Part shown: positions 39,231-53,000 of the stretch, in pieces
Position numbering within the stretch: position 1 is the first letter of the stretch
Layout of the letters: every line of letters begins with the position of its first letter
Assembly: GCA_036785375.1 (NCBI GenBank)
Contig: JAWMAR010000007.1
Location: 11,284,001 to 11,348,000, forward strand
From: Leucoraja ocellata
Taxonomy: Eukaryota
Reading direction: 5' to 3'
DNA: 64,000 nt
The notes under the pieces: model-generated
The model's input: only the letters and a program-made list of their open reading frames with translations
Told to the model about the DNA's origin: nothing
The model's database searches: none
Made by a program: the position numbers and the translations under genes

Positions 39231-40262
39231 ATGCTGCTGCAAGCAAGGTTTTCATTGTACCCGTACCTCACTATAACTGACGCATATGTGACAATAAACC
39301 TCGACAATAAAATGTGAAATTCAGACATTTCTAGTGGTGGGTGACTGTGAAATCCCTGCAAAGGGAATATTGATCTGATGTGAATGTGTCCTTTAGGACC
39401 GGACAATGTTTCCCCCTCTACTCTCAAGCTCTGTGCCGAACAACTGGCACAGACATTTTTAACCAGTCCCTGCAAACCTGTATTGACCCTGCTGTTTCAA
39501 AGTCTCCGCTATTGTCCATGTACCCAAAAAGGCAAGGATTACTGGTCTTAATGACTACAGGCTTGTCGCACTGACCTCTGTAGTCATGAAGACCCTTGAA
39601 AGGGTTGTGCTGGCCAAGCTGAAAAATATCACAAACCCCCTGCTGGACTCTCTGCAGTTTTGCATATCGGGCCAATAGAACAGTGGGTAACACAGTCAAC
39701 CTAGGCCTGCACTTCATCCTCCAGCACCTAGACAGCCTAGATTAATTGTGCCAGAGCTACTACACTCCAAACTTTCCGAGTTGTCTGTGACCTGAACGCC
39801 TCTGTCGGTGGATCACCAGCTTCTAACAGACAGGAAGCAGCATGTGAAAGCACATCCGGACCCTCAGCAGAGGAGCACGGCAAGGCTGCACATTCTCCCC
39901 TCTCCTCTACTCTCTCTACACCAATAACTGCACCTCCACAGACACCTCTGTCAAGCTTCTCAAGTTTGTGGACAATGCAACCCTGATTGGACTGATCCAG
40001 GATGGGGAGAATCTGCCTACAGACAGGAAGTGTCACAGCTGGCCTGCTGGTGCCAACGCAACAACCTGGAGCTCAATGCTCTTAAGGCAGTGGAATTGAT
40101 TGTAGACTTTAGGAGAGTTTCTCCCTCCCCTCACCCCACTCACCATCAACAACACCACAGTCACATCTGTGGAGTCTTTTAAGTTCCTGGGAACCATCAT
40201 CTCCAAGACCTTAAGTGGGGGCTACCATCGACTCCACAGTCAAAAAAGCACAACAGAGGATA

Positions 40263-43110
40263 CATAGAAACATAGAAACATAGAAATTAGGTGCAGGAGT
40301 AGGCCATTTGGCCCTTCGAACCTACACCGCCATTCAATATGATCATGGCTGATCATCCAACTCAGTATCCCGTACTGTTGCAGGCCGGTTCTCTATCCAC
40401 ATCAATACTGAACCCCCAATGCCGTGTACTTTAAGTTTGTATACTAATCTCTTATGTGGGACCTTGTCGAAAGCCTTCTGGAAGTCCAGAATACACCACA
40501 TCCACTGGTTCTCCCCTATCCACGCTACTAGTTACATCCTCGAAAAATTCTATGATTCGTCAGACATGATTTACCTTTCGTAAATCCATGCTGACTTTGT
40601 CCAATGATTTCACCACTTTCCAAATGTGCTGCTATCCCATCTTTAATAACTGTCTCTAGCAGTTTCCCCACTACCGATGTTAGACTAACTGGTCTGTAAT
40701 TCCCCATTTTCTCCTCTCCTCCCTTCTTAAAAAGTGGGGTTACGTTTGCTACCCGCCAATCCTTCAGGAACTACTCCAGAATCTAAAGAGCTTTGAAAGA
40801 TTATTACTAATGCATCCACTATTTCTGGAGCTACTTCCTTAAGTACTCTGGGATGCAGCCTATCTGACCCTGGGGATTTATCGGCCTTTAATCCATTCAA
40901 TTTACCCAACACCACTTCCCGGCTAACTTGGATTTCACTCAATTCCTCCAACTCCTTTGACCCGGTCCCCTGCTATTTCCGGCAAATTATTTATGTCTTC
41001 CTTAGTGAAGACGGAACCAAAGTAGTTATTCAATTGGTCCGCCATATCCTTGTTCCCCATGATCAACTCACCTGTTCTGACTGCAAGGGACCTACATTTG
41101 TTTTAACTAATCTCTTTCTTTTCACATATCTATAAAAACTTTTGCAGTTAGTTTTATGTTCCCTGCCAGTTTTCTTTCATAATCTATTTTTCGTTTTCTA
41201 ATTAAGCCCTTTGTCCTCCTCTGCTGGTCCCTGAATTTCTCCCATTCCTCGGTATGCTGCTTTTTCTGGCTAATTTGTACGCATCATCCTTCGCTTTGAT
41301 ACTATCCCTGATTTCCTTGTTATCCACGGGTGTACTACCTTCCCTGATTTATTCTTTTGCCAAACTGGGATGAACAATTTCTGTAGTTCATCCATGCAGT
41401 CTTTAAATGTCTTCCATTGCATATCCACCGTCAACCCTTTTAGAATTAATTGCCAGTCAATCTTGGCCAATTCACGTCTCATACCCTCAAAGTTACCTTT
41501 CTTTAAGTTCAGAACCATTGATCTGAATTAACAATGTCACTCTCCATCCTAATGAAGAACTCAACCATATTATGGTCACTCTTGCCCAAGGAGGCACGTA
41601 CAACAAGATTGCTAACTAACCCTTCCTCATTACTCAATACCCAGTCTAAAATAGCCAACTCTCTCGTTGGTTCCCTACATGTTGATTTAGATAACTATCC
41701 GCATACATTCCAAGAAATCCTCTTCCTCAGCACCCTGCCAATTTGATTCACCCAATCTATATGTAGATTGAAGTCACCCATTATAACTGTTTTCCCTTTG
41801 TCGCACGCATTTCCTGTTTGATACCATCTCCAACTTCACTACTAGTTAGGTGGCCTGTACACAACACCCACCCGCGTTTTCTGCCCCTTAGTGTTTTCGC
41901 AGCTCTACCCATACCGATTCCACATGCTCCAAACTAATGTCCTTCCTTTCCATTGCATTAATCCCTCTCTAATCAGTAACGCTACCCCACCTCCTTTTCC
42001 TTTCTCTCTATCCCTCCTGAATATTGAATATCCCTGGATGTTCAGCTCCCAGCCTTGGTCACCCTGGAGCCATGTCTCCGTGATCCCAACTATATCATAG
42101 TCATTAATAGCTATCTGCACATTCAACTCATCCACCTATTACGAATGCTCCTTGCATTGAGACACAAAGCCTTCAGGCTTGTTTTTACAACACTCTTACC
42201 CCTTATACAATTATGTTGAAACGTGGCCCTTTTTGATTTTGCCCGGGTTTTGTCTGCCTGCCACTTTTACTTTTCACCTTGCTACCTATTGCTTCTACCC
42301 TCATTTTATACCCCTCGGTCTCTAACCTCACACATTTAAGAACCCCTTTCCTTTAACTCCATCCTCCACTATCCCATTCGACACCCACCCCCCTTATTCA
42401 GTTTAAAGCCACCCGTGTAGCAGTGGCAAACCTGCCTGCCAGAATGCTGGTCCCCACACCTGTTAAGATGCAATCCGTCCCTTTTGTACAGTTCCCCCTT
42501 ACCCAAAACAGATCCCAGTGATCTAAGATCTAAATCCCTGCCCCGTGCACCAGTTCCTCAGCCACACGTTCAGGTCCCGTTTCTCCCTGTTCCTGCTCAC
42601 GCCAGCACGGGGAACTGGAAGCAAACCGGAGATAACAACCCTGGAGGTCCTGCTTTTCAACATTTTTCTGAGCTCTCTAAAGTCACGCTGCAGAATATTC
42701 ATCCCCTTCTTTCCGACATCGTTTGTGCTGACATGCACTACCACTTCCGGATTTTCACCTTCGCCCTTGAGGATTTTCTGCACTATGTCCGTGTCGTCCT
42801 GGATCCTGGCACCGGGAAGGCAGCACACCATCCTCGCATCCCGTCTGTTGCCGCAGAAAACCCTGTCCCGTACCTCTCACGATGCAGTCTCCCACTACAA
42901 TGGCGTTGCCTGCCTTAGGCCTTTTTGGTTTCGGCTCAACAGCCCTATTCGCATCGCAAGCCAGTCCGCTGCTCACGTCTTCTCTCCCAACAGCTTCTAA
43001 GCGGGTGAACCTGTTTACAAGAGGTACACTACCCGGGGACATTGGCATTCCATGCTTCCCTCCTTTCTCACTGTCTCCCACCTTCTGTCCCACACCTGTT
43101 AAGGTGTAAC
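40263..43110 (-). mobile_element. CR1 LINE with ORF1 SGNH-esterase, APE endonuclease and partial RT; internally deleted
   Basis: AIVVGDCIVRG / CLPGARIQD / VVVHVSTNDV (esterase), IVGITETWL (APE), ADKSPGSDRLHPRVLKE. The (catagaaa)n tail is at 40263; the sequence jumps from the 3' tail to mid-RT at about 40375. Confidence 0.9.
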
Positions 43111-43233
43111 AGGTATTTCAATGACAGCTGAGAAGCACAATGTGCCACAAAAATGATGGTCCAATTCTATTGGCGATCGTAGAGTCTGTCCTCACCATCT
43201 CCTCATGGTCTGTTTGGCTCAGCTACCAAGCAC

Positions 43234-43310
43234 GACAATACAATACAATACAATACAATACATACAATACATATACAATACAATACAATACAATACAATA
43301 CAATACAATA
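43234..43310 (+). repeat. (CAATA)n microsatellite, probably the tail of an inserted element at 43234-44150
   Basis: Direct pentamer repeats. Confidence 0.9.
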
Positions 43311-45343
43311 CGGTTTATTCGTCACATTGCTCATAAAGTGCAAGTGAAATGAATTTGCAGCAGTGGTACAATGATAAGGAACACACAAATACACAATAAA
43401 AATGTAACACAAACATCCACCACAGCATTCATCACTGTGGTGGAAGGCACAAAGATTGTCCAGTCCTCCTCCATTTTCCCTGTGGTCGGGTCCTCAACCC
43501 TCCGCAGGCCGTCGCTGTGGGCGTCCAGATGTACAGACAAGATAAAAAGTCCAGGTAAGTCGTGAATCGGTGCAAACCTACTGGAGACCGCGGCTTCAAG
43601 ATGGTGTAGACCGCAGGTCGGCGGTCGAAGATTTAACGTTCCCGCCACGCCGCAGCCAGAAGCACCACAGACCGCAGGGCCGGCGATCTGGAGCTCCCCT
43701 ACAGGGTTCCCCGGCTTGGGACCCCGCTCCTGATGGTGAGTAAGTCCAACTTGGGTCCGCGGGCCCATAGTTGGAGCTCTTCTACCCCGGGTCCCCCACG
43801 AGGGATCCCGGGCTGCAGACGCCGCGCCAGCTGGAACTCTGCAGAGTGGGGCTTCAGGCTGCCGGCTGCCGCGGACCAGCGAAACGGAGCGCACCCCCTC
43901 AGGCGAGCACCTGCTCACTCCCAGAGCCCACGCTGCGCCCACCGATGAGCCCCGGGCGCGTCTCTGGGAAAAGCCGCCCGACTTTCGCTGTTTGACCACG
44001 GGGGAGGTGACCTGCAAAAAGTCACCTCTCTGTGGAGGAGGTGACTGAAGCGTCTTCCCCCTTACCCCCCCCCCCCCCACACACACAAAACGCACAGAGG
44101 AACATTAAAAACATACATTAAAAGATACTAAAAAAACAAATAAAGTTGAAAAAAATCCGGAGGTTGCAGAGAATCGTCCGATCAGTTAAGAAGGTTATTG
44201 GCTGCAACCTTCCCTCCATTGGCAAACTGTACACTGCAGAGGCTAAGAAGCGAGCGGATAAGATCATCTCTGACCCCTCTCACCTGGACACAAACTCTTT
44301 GAATCATGTCCCTCTGGAAGGCGACTCCAGACTGACAAAGCTGCCACAGCCAGACATAAAAACAGTTTTTTTCCATGACTATTAGCTCTACTCAACAGCC
44401 AACAATCTGTAGCCTCCATCTGCTCTGGTATTTTATTTAATTCACATGTTTGATCAATGTGTTTTATTATTAATGTTTAGTGTTTTATGTATCATTCGTA
44501 ACTGTCACTGTATGTCATGTTGTCACTTGTGGGCGGATCACAATTCCTTGTTTGGTGAATACTTGGCCAATAAACTATTCATGCATGTATGCATTCATTC
44601 ATTCATTCATTCGTTAAGAATTATGCACAGTATCACATATCAAATATTTGGTGATGCATTGAGGGATGATGCAGGGTCTTGACCTGAAACGTCAACCATT
44701 ACTCTGCCTCCACAGATGCAACCTAATGCATTGAGGACCTCCTGCAATTTGTTTTTCTGCATGTCAAATATTTGGTTAAATGAGGTACAACTGTAATTAA
44801 CAAGAACCTGATTACTATCAGGTATGGTTTCTTACATTTGTGACAAATTTATCCATGGCATAATCAAAGCTATAAAATTATTAACAAACTTGATAACATA
44901 TAATTTCATCATCACCCAGCACAAATGCATTTTGCAATCCTTTTCATATTTTGCTTCAGGTTATAAACAAGAACAATCTTGCTTCTTACTTCCTGGTCAA
45001 CTTTCTGAGAATTCTGCAAGCTCTTTCTAATCAAGATAAAAGTGCGGTGTGGACTTGAAATATTGCTGGCGTACCACCGACAGCAGGCAGAGGGTGAAGC
45101 CCTTGTTGCTGCTGTCAGTTCCACTCAGATTCTGCTGGACAAGGACTGGTTGATTGAAATGCAAAGTGTCAAAATTGACTTCTCCATTTGAAGCTGTATG
45201 ACAATTCTTGCAAAGTCTCTTGCGCCCTTTTACACTCTATGTTAAATGTAAAATTCAGAAAACTACAGAAAACTGCAGGAGTCTCGGTTCTACTCCTCCA
45301 GTGGATAGACTTACGGCATTTGAAAGCTCAACGAGAGAAGAGA

Positions 45344-45392
45344 ATGCTGTTCATTTTGCTTTGTGCCTTTGCACTGCCTGTCACCGCTGATC
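45344..45392 (+). CDS. Siglec-15-like receptor, exon 1 (signal peptide)
   Basis: MLFILLCAFALPVTAD followed by phase-1 donor C|GTAAGT; typical 49-nt Ig-superfamily leader exon. The link to the V1 exon is inferred from phase and position. Confidence 0.75.
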
Positions 45393-46962
45393 GTAAGTAT
45401 CCTTTAATAAGGAACAGAAGTTGCTTTTCTGGCTGTTTCACTGTGAGTGAAATGATTAACTGTATGAGATAGACATGTGTGTCCGTGGAAACAGAGCAGG
45501 ATCAGTCTTTTGATGCTGTACTTAAGGTGACAGGCAGTCTTCCAGAAAGGGAATATGTATGTGTGTGAAGACCTTTAATACAAACATTTTACAATACAGT
45601 AAATGATCGGTTTGAGATTATAAGGCTGGAGTCAGAGCAGCTGGGGAGATTGTGTTTAGTTGTCGACCCCACACTTCTGGATGAAGATATTAGCCCTTGA
45701 GAGGGGGTGAAGGGAGTTGTGTCCTTGGCATAGTTGAAAAGTGAAGATGATGAGAAATATCTTCACTGAGAGTAATGCACCTATAGAATTATCGAATTGA
45801 AAGTAGTTCAAGCCAAGCCACCTCTTGTCTTCAGCAAGGAGCTGAATATATTCCCAGGCTAAAGAAATAAAGGGGAATGGGGACAAAGTTCAATTCTGTA
45901 TTGATTAGCAATTAAGAGCCATAATCATATTGACTGTTGACCAGGCTTGAACAGCCGAATGGTTTCCTGTGTTGCTCTGAATGTCTTTGCGCTCATTGTT
46001 GATTCTGATCCCAATCAAATTGGTTTTGGTTTATTATTGTCACATGTACTGAGGTACAGTGAACACCTGCACCTGGGATAATACCTTTCTCAAAATAACA
46101 TCTCATATGCGAAGAATGAATCCCCAATCTTCCAATATACCTTGTTGTGGCCACAAACATTTTTATTAAACAACACTTTCTCTGTAGGTGCAATGCTATA
46201 TTCTTTACTCTATTTGTTTTCTCTAATGCACTAAGTGATGTAATCAAGAATGGTACGATTTAGCCGGATAACACACAAAATAATTTTTTGCCTATCTCAG
46301 TATACATGAAAATAATAAACCAATACTAATTTTCCTCAATCAGTATTACCGGCCCATCTAAAATGTCCCTTCCCTCTCCATTATCAACACCTTGTAGCCA
46401 GAACCATTAAATGTCTGGTCCTGCCCCAACTCTGCATCATTTTTCCATATAGATATTTCTACCTATGAATAACCAGGCTCACTCACATATTTACTATTTT
46501 CGTACTATCTGCCACTCCCAATCTTGGTGCACCTTATTTCTCTTTTCTCTTGCCACACGCTAGTAATAGATACTGATCCATTACTTTGTCTGTTCGGCTC
46601 AAACTCTTCTCCGTGCACCAATAAATCTCCCTACTACGACACTGTCCCAGTGTGGCTGAGGTGCAACCCATTGATCTTGGAGAGGTCTTTCCTGCTGCAG
46701 AACTGGTGCAATGCCCCTAGAATTTAGAGCAGAAACGAGAAAGTCACGAAAATTAGTGCAGTAATTAAAATGTCCTGAGCATTCGAGCAGTAACCAGAAT
46801 TCTCGTGGATTAGCACAGCACCTAGAATATCACAAGAATTGAGCAGTAATTCAGCTCAAAAATCAATCCATGGCTCCCCAGCCCCAGTTTCTACCACTGA
46901 CCGAAAAACACTGAGGGCAACTTAGAGTAGTCTGTTAATTAACGATGCGCATCAATTTTTGA

Positions 46963-49190
46963 AGGAGAAGGTTAAAGTGTCAGTGATGCAGTTGAACAAA
47001 GGGGACTATGAAGGCATGAGAGAGGAGCAGGCCAAGGTAGACTGGAAAGGGATCCTAGCAGAAATGACGATGAAACAGGAATGGCAGAAATTTCTGGGCA
47101 TAATCCGGAAGATGCAGGATCATTTCATTCCAAAAAGGAAGAAAGATTCTAAGTAGGAGGCAACCGTGGGTGACAAGAGAAGTTAGGGATAGAATAAAAC
47201 TAAACAAAAAGATGTATAACACAGCAAAGCGTAGTCGGAAGCCAGAGGATTGGGAAACTTTCATAGGACAACAGATGGAAATAAAACGGGCAATACGGGC
47301 TGAAAAGATGAAGTATGAGGGGCAGCTGGCCAGGAATATAAGGAAGGACAGTAAAAGCTTCTTTAGATATGTTATGGGAAAAAGAGTAGCAAAGTCAAAT
47401 GTGGGTCCCTTGAATGCAGACATGGGTGAAATTATAATGGGGACAAGGAAATGGCAGCAAAGTTGGTACTTCGGATCTGTCTTCACTAAGGAAGACACAA
47501 ACAATCTCCCAGATGTACTGGAGGACAGAGGATCTAAGGGGGTAAAGGAACTGAAAGAACATTTTATTAGGTTAGAAATAGTTGGGTAGGCTAATGGGAC
47601 TGAAGGATGATAAATCCCCTGGGCCTGATGGTCTGCATCCCAGGGTCCTCAGGGAGGTGGCTCTAAAAATAGTGGACGCATTGGTGATCATTTTCCAATG
47701 TTCATTAGATTCAGGATCAGTTCCTGTGGATTGGAGGATTGCTAATGTTATCCCATTTTTCAAGAAAGGAGCGAGAGAGAAAACGGGGAATTGCAGACCA
47801 GTTAGCCTGACTTCGGTGGTGAGAAAGATGCTGGAGTCAATTATTAAAGAGGTAATAATGGGGCATTTGGATAGCAGTAAAAGGATTAGTCCAAGTCAAC
47901 ATGGATTTATGAAAGGGGAATCATGCTTGACTAATCTTCTGGAATTTTTTGAGGATGTGACAAGTAAAATGGATGAAGGGGAGCCAGTGGATGCAGTGTG
48001 TCTAGACTTTTAGATAGCCTTTGATAAGGTCCCGCATGGGAGACTGGTGACTAAAATTAGAGCACATGGTATTGGGGGTAGGGTGTTGACATGAATAGAC
48101 AATTGATTGGCAAACAGGAAGCAAAGAGTAGGAGTGAACGGGTCCTTTTCAGAATGGCAGGCAGTGGCGAGTGGAGTGCCGCAAGGCTTGGTGTTGGGGC
48201 CGCTACTATTTACCATATGTATTAATGATTTGGAAGAGGGAATTAGGAGCTACACTAGCAAGTTTGCGGATGTCACAAAGCTGGGGGGCAGTGTGAACTG
48301 TGAAGAGGATGTTAGGAGGTTGCAAGGTGACCTGGACAGGTTGAGTAAGTGGGCAGATGAGTGGCAGATGCAGTGTAATATAGATAAATGTGAGGTTATC
48401 CACTTTGGCGGCAAAAACAAGGGGGCAGATTATTATCTCAATTGGGTTAGGTTATGTAAGGGGGAGGTGCAGCAAGACCTGGGTGGCTTTGTACACCAGT
48501 CACTGAAAGTTGGCTTACAGGTACAGCAGGCAGTGAAGAAAGCTAATGGAATGTTAGGCTTCATAACAAGAGGATTTCAGTATCGGAGTAAAGATGTTCT
48601 TCTGCAGTTATCTAGGGCCCTGGTAAGACCACATCTGCAGTATTGTGCACAGTTTTGGTCTCCTAATTTGAGGAAGGGCGTTCTTGTGATTGAGGCAGTG
48701 CAGGTAGGTTCACGAGATTGATCCCTGGGATGGTGGGACTGTCATATGAGGATAGATTGAAAAGACTAGGCTGGAGTTTAGAAGGATGAGGGGGATCTTA
48801 TAGAAACATATAAAATTATAAAAGGACTGAACAAGCTAGATGCAGGAAAATTGTTCCCAATGTTGGGCGAGCAGAACCAGGGTCCACAGTCTTAGAATAA
48901 AGGGGAGGCCATTTAAGGTCTGAGGTGAGAAAAAATCTTTTCACCCAAAGAGTTGTGAATTTGTGGAATTCCCTGCCACAAAGGGCAGTGGAGGCCAAAT
49001 TACTGGATGGATTTAAGAGAGAGTTAGATAGAGCTCCAAGGGCTAGTGGAGTCAAGGGATATGGGGAGAAGGCTGGCATGGGTTATTGATTGGGGACGAT
49101 TAGCCATGATCACAATGAATGGCGGTGCTGGCTCGAAGGGCCAAATGGCCTCCTCCTGCACCTATTATCTATGTCTCTATGTTCCTATCT
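46963..49190 (+). mobile_element. CR1-clade LINE (5'-truncated ORF2/RT + 3' tail), in intron 1 of the Siglec-like gene
   Basis: KSPGPDGLHPRVLRE, RPVSLTSVV, QHGFMKGESCLTNL, SGVPQG, SKFADVTKL, RPHLQYC, with stops and frameshifts; typical 3' tail. Confidence 0.95.
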
Positions 49191-49727
49191 TTGAGATGTG
49201 GGAAACAAACTAAGAAAGAGAAACCCATGCAGTTATAGATGGAAAGTGCAAACTGTACACAGCATCTGAGGTCAGGATTAAACTCTGAGTCCCTAGAGTT
49301 GTGAGTTAGCAGCTCCACTAGCTGCTCCACTGTGCCAGCTGTGTACATCCTCGATTAGTGGTCAGGTACTTCCTTGGTGGGATCTTGCTGTGCCAACACT
49401 TCAAACCTGTGAAGCTCTGTGGACCACCCCCTGTCTGTGAGGGAAGTGATGTAAATGCAAGGTTTCTCCCGGACAGCAGCTTATAGCTGTGAGAGATGTG
49501 GTTCCCGTGAAGAGCCGACACAGCCCGGAGGAGAGGAACCACTGTTAGTGTCACAGTCCCACCTCCCCATTTCTCACAGCTCACCACATAGTGACGGTTA
49601 CAAACAGCATAGCAGCATCACAGTTCAACTGTCTTCCACAAGGGCAGGGACCCAGGGTGGGCGCAGCCTCCTACAGTGACTGTGGCCCTCAGCTCAGTCT
49701 TAACGTTACATCTCTGTGTCTTCACAG

Positions 49728-50099
49728 GCTTCAGTATCAGTGGTTGGACTATGGAGATACCGGACGAGGTGATGGGGAGGAAGGGGAAGCTCGTGGTTCT
49801 GTACTGCAAGTTCGCTCACCCTCACCGTGAATACAAAGGCAACATCAGCATCATCTGGAGTGATCACCAGACCTTTTTCAAATACACAAATTATCCATCA
49901 AGCGGCACGTATAAAAATGATATTGTGTATAATGTAGGAGCTCGCTACAGACCAATGGGGGACCCTCGGAAGAACAATGCTTCCATAATCATTAATCAGC
50001 TGGGAACGACTGATACAAACAAGATCCTCCACTGTCGTGTTGAGCTCACGGGAAAAGCAGGAAAGTTTGGAAGGTCACATGGGCCTATCACAATATCAG
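49728..50099 (+). CDS. Siglec-15-like receptor, V-set domain 1 (putative sialic-acid binding)
   Basis: cacAG and G|GTGAGG, 372 nt, phase 1-1. WTMEIPDEVMGRKGKLVVLYCKFAHPHREYKGNISIIW...RYRPMGDPRKNNASIII...HCRVEL closely parallels SIGLEC15 V-set motifs as recalled (WSMQVP..V...G..AVLPCTFTHPHRHYDG...W, LGNPRRNDLS, FCRVEF). The essential Arg is kept. Confidence 0.92.
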
Positions 50100-53000
50100 G
50101 TGAGGAATGGTTGTGCTGCAAACAAACAATTTGTCTTCCTTCCTGCTTCCTGTGATTCCAATGTTACTGGCATGGCTGGCAATTGTTCAAGCTGCTGACT
50201 TGTTGGCTACATCACTGGGAGATCATGCCCTGGTTTGACTGTCTAAAATACATCACGTTGCACTAAACTGAATTTTAACTCTATTAACCAACCCTCAACC
50301 CACTTGCCCCGCTGATCACGATCCTGCTGTAGTTTTGATAACCATCTTCACTCATAATCCTAATTTCTGCCTTGACCATGATGTCCCGTCACTGTGGAAT
50401 GGGGTGATGTCATTGCCACATCTGGCCTGCTGTTATAGTCACATATTATATCTCCTCCAGTTAAGTTTCAGATATTGGTATTGGTTTATTATTGTCTATT
50501 GCACTGAGATACAGTGATATTTTTCCGAGTGCCATCCAGACAAATCATCCCATTGAGGCACTAGAAACTGGAGATGTTGGAACCATGAGCAATACACAAA
50601 GTGCTGAAGACACAGTGGGTCAAGCAGCATTGGTGGAGGAAATGGACAGGCAATTATCCGGGTCGGTTCCCTTCAAACTGATGGAGTAGTAGGGAGAAAG
50701 ATGGGAACGGGGCAAAGCTTGCCCAATGAAAGGTGGATGGAGGTGGGGGAGGGGGGGGGGCACGGGGGAGATGCTTATCAGATGGGTGGAGACAGTGATA
50801 ATGGCGAGTGGTGAAAAGTGGTAAAAGGTGTCAGACAAGGAAACAAAATGTAAAGGCGGAGGCAAATGGATGGAATGGGCCAGGGGAGATGGGCAGGTGA
50901 AAGACATGATAGAAGGAACTATGGGATTCGAGGATGGGAGATGAATACGGGAGATGAAAGGAGCAGTGTGACAAGGATAATGGGAGCAATGTGTGCACAG
51001 TGGGCTGGTGGAGGGGGCGGGGAGGGAGGTATTACTTGAACTTTGAGAGTTCAGTGTTCATACGGTTGGGTTATAAGTTACACAAGCTGACAGGTGCTGT
51101 TCTTCCTGTTTGAGTGTGTTCTCACACTGATAATACACAAGGCCAGTGACAGTCAGGTCAGTGTGGGAACAGAAAGACGAGTTAAAATGCGTCGGAACCA
51201 GGAGCTCCAGCAGGCCTTGCCAGACTGAACACAAGTATTCATCATATTGGGGACACAGAATGCAATAGATGAGGTTGGAAGAATCATACCTTAGATGTGT
51301 GCATCAGGCACTGCAAAAGAGAAAATAAGCAAAGTGAAGAATGTAGTATGACAGCTACAGTGAAAGTGCTACTAAAGAGTAGTGCAAGCGTTTAACGTGG
51401 TAGATTGGAAGATCGCGTAATTCAACCCTAGCATTTGTGAGGTCCATTCAAGACTCTAACAATAGGTAAGAAGTTGTTCTTCCATCTGGTGGTACCTACT
51501 TTCAAGTTTTTGTATCTTCTGGGTGTGAGAATGTCAGGGTATTAGTTGTCCTTGATAATGTGGTTGCTTTTTCGAGGCAGCATTAAGTGTAGAATGGTGA
51601 AACAGAGAATCAAAATTGACCCTGGCAGATTGGAGAGACAGCATTTGTTCAGGCAGTGTTAGTGAACAGGAAGGGATAGTCCCTGGTTTTTAAAACAATG
51701 CTAAGACTATTACGTGAAATGGGAGAAGGAGTCAGAACACAGATGCTCGAACCAACTCTCATCCATAAAATCATGGCTAATTCTGGACCTTGTTCATTCG
51801 CTGAGAGATCCCCCAGACAGTGATCTCCATGAGACCCAGATAAACTGTGGACCTTTGGTTTGAATTTACTCAACTACGTTTTACCCACAGCTTCTGCATA
51901 ATGTGGATTGTTGATTGTAATCATGTATAGTCTTTTCGTTGACTGGTTAACATGCAATAAAAGCTTTTCACTGTACCTTGGTGCAGGTGACAATAAACTA
52001 AACTCTGGGATGGAAAATTCAGTAGGTTCACAAACATTATTGCAGGGAATTTCTTCACCTCAGTCCTGAATGTCTGACTTCTTTTTCCTTGACATGTGGT
52101 TTTTGAATCATAAGCAGGAGGAAATAAACTTTCCACAAGTATTTGTGAAATCCATCTATTTCCCAGAGCCCTCTGTCCATTGACATCCATCAGTCCCAGT
52201 CCCCCTATTCTTTCCACACAATCCCCCAAATTATTCCAATCAGGTGTGTTTAATAGTCATATGCACTGGGATTAGAACAACACCATTTTTCATTGCTGCA
52301 ACTTTGCAGGCACATTGATGCAACATAATAATACATTTACAACAAACAATAATACAATATCAGTTATACATGGTAATAGCATTTGATTAACATTTGAAGT
52401 ATTTAAAGCAACCTTATACAAAGTGCATAATAGTTTGGTGCAAGAGCCTGATTATGCCACAATGAACCTAAACACAACCAAACTTCAGCACTGATCTGTT
52501 ATGGACAAATAACGGGATTGCTGAATCACAGTTCGGGAGGGAGATCTTTAGTGAAATCAAAACAACCTGTTAAATGGCAAGATTGTCTTCTTGAACCTGG
52601 AGGTAAAGGTTCACATTTCCTGAACTTTCTACCTGGCAGTAGCAACAAGAGGAGATCAAGCCATGTGATACTGTTATATTGGCTGCCCTCTATATTTACT
52701 CTCATTCACTTACCAATCAAGTGACCACAACAGCCAATCACCAGGGCAATCCTGTCCCCAACCGATCATAGATTCCTCCACATTCCCACTTCTCTGCAAC
52801 ATAAAAGACATTTGTTTTATTGTAACTTTTCCCAGTTCTGATCATCAACCTGACAATCATTTGTTTCTCTCCTGATTTTTTCTATGTCAATGTAGCTATC
52901 GTAATCTTGTACTTCATACTTTCATCATTGAGCCCAGCGTCTCGCACTTCACTAACCATTGCCTCAATGTGTCACATTTGTTTTAGTTAACTGTGTCTCA

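Larger units (their letters stand above)
39400..44570 (+). mobile_element. Rex1/Babar-like (L2-related) LINE fragmented by nested insertions
   Basis: [23 protein letters not shown] and SLQFAYRANR-like motifs at 39540-39720. The element continues at 43125-43233 and 44155-44570 (RRLQRIVRS..KVIG). Confidence 0.7.

Noticed and set aside
43331-44095. 254-aa minus-strand ORF
   Set aside because: GC-rich repeat insert with no recognisable domain.
45036-45190. VRCGLEILLAY stretch resembling an INSL5 B chain
   Set aside because: No second Cys, signal peptide or donor; chance match.
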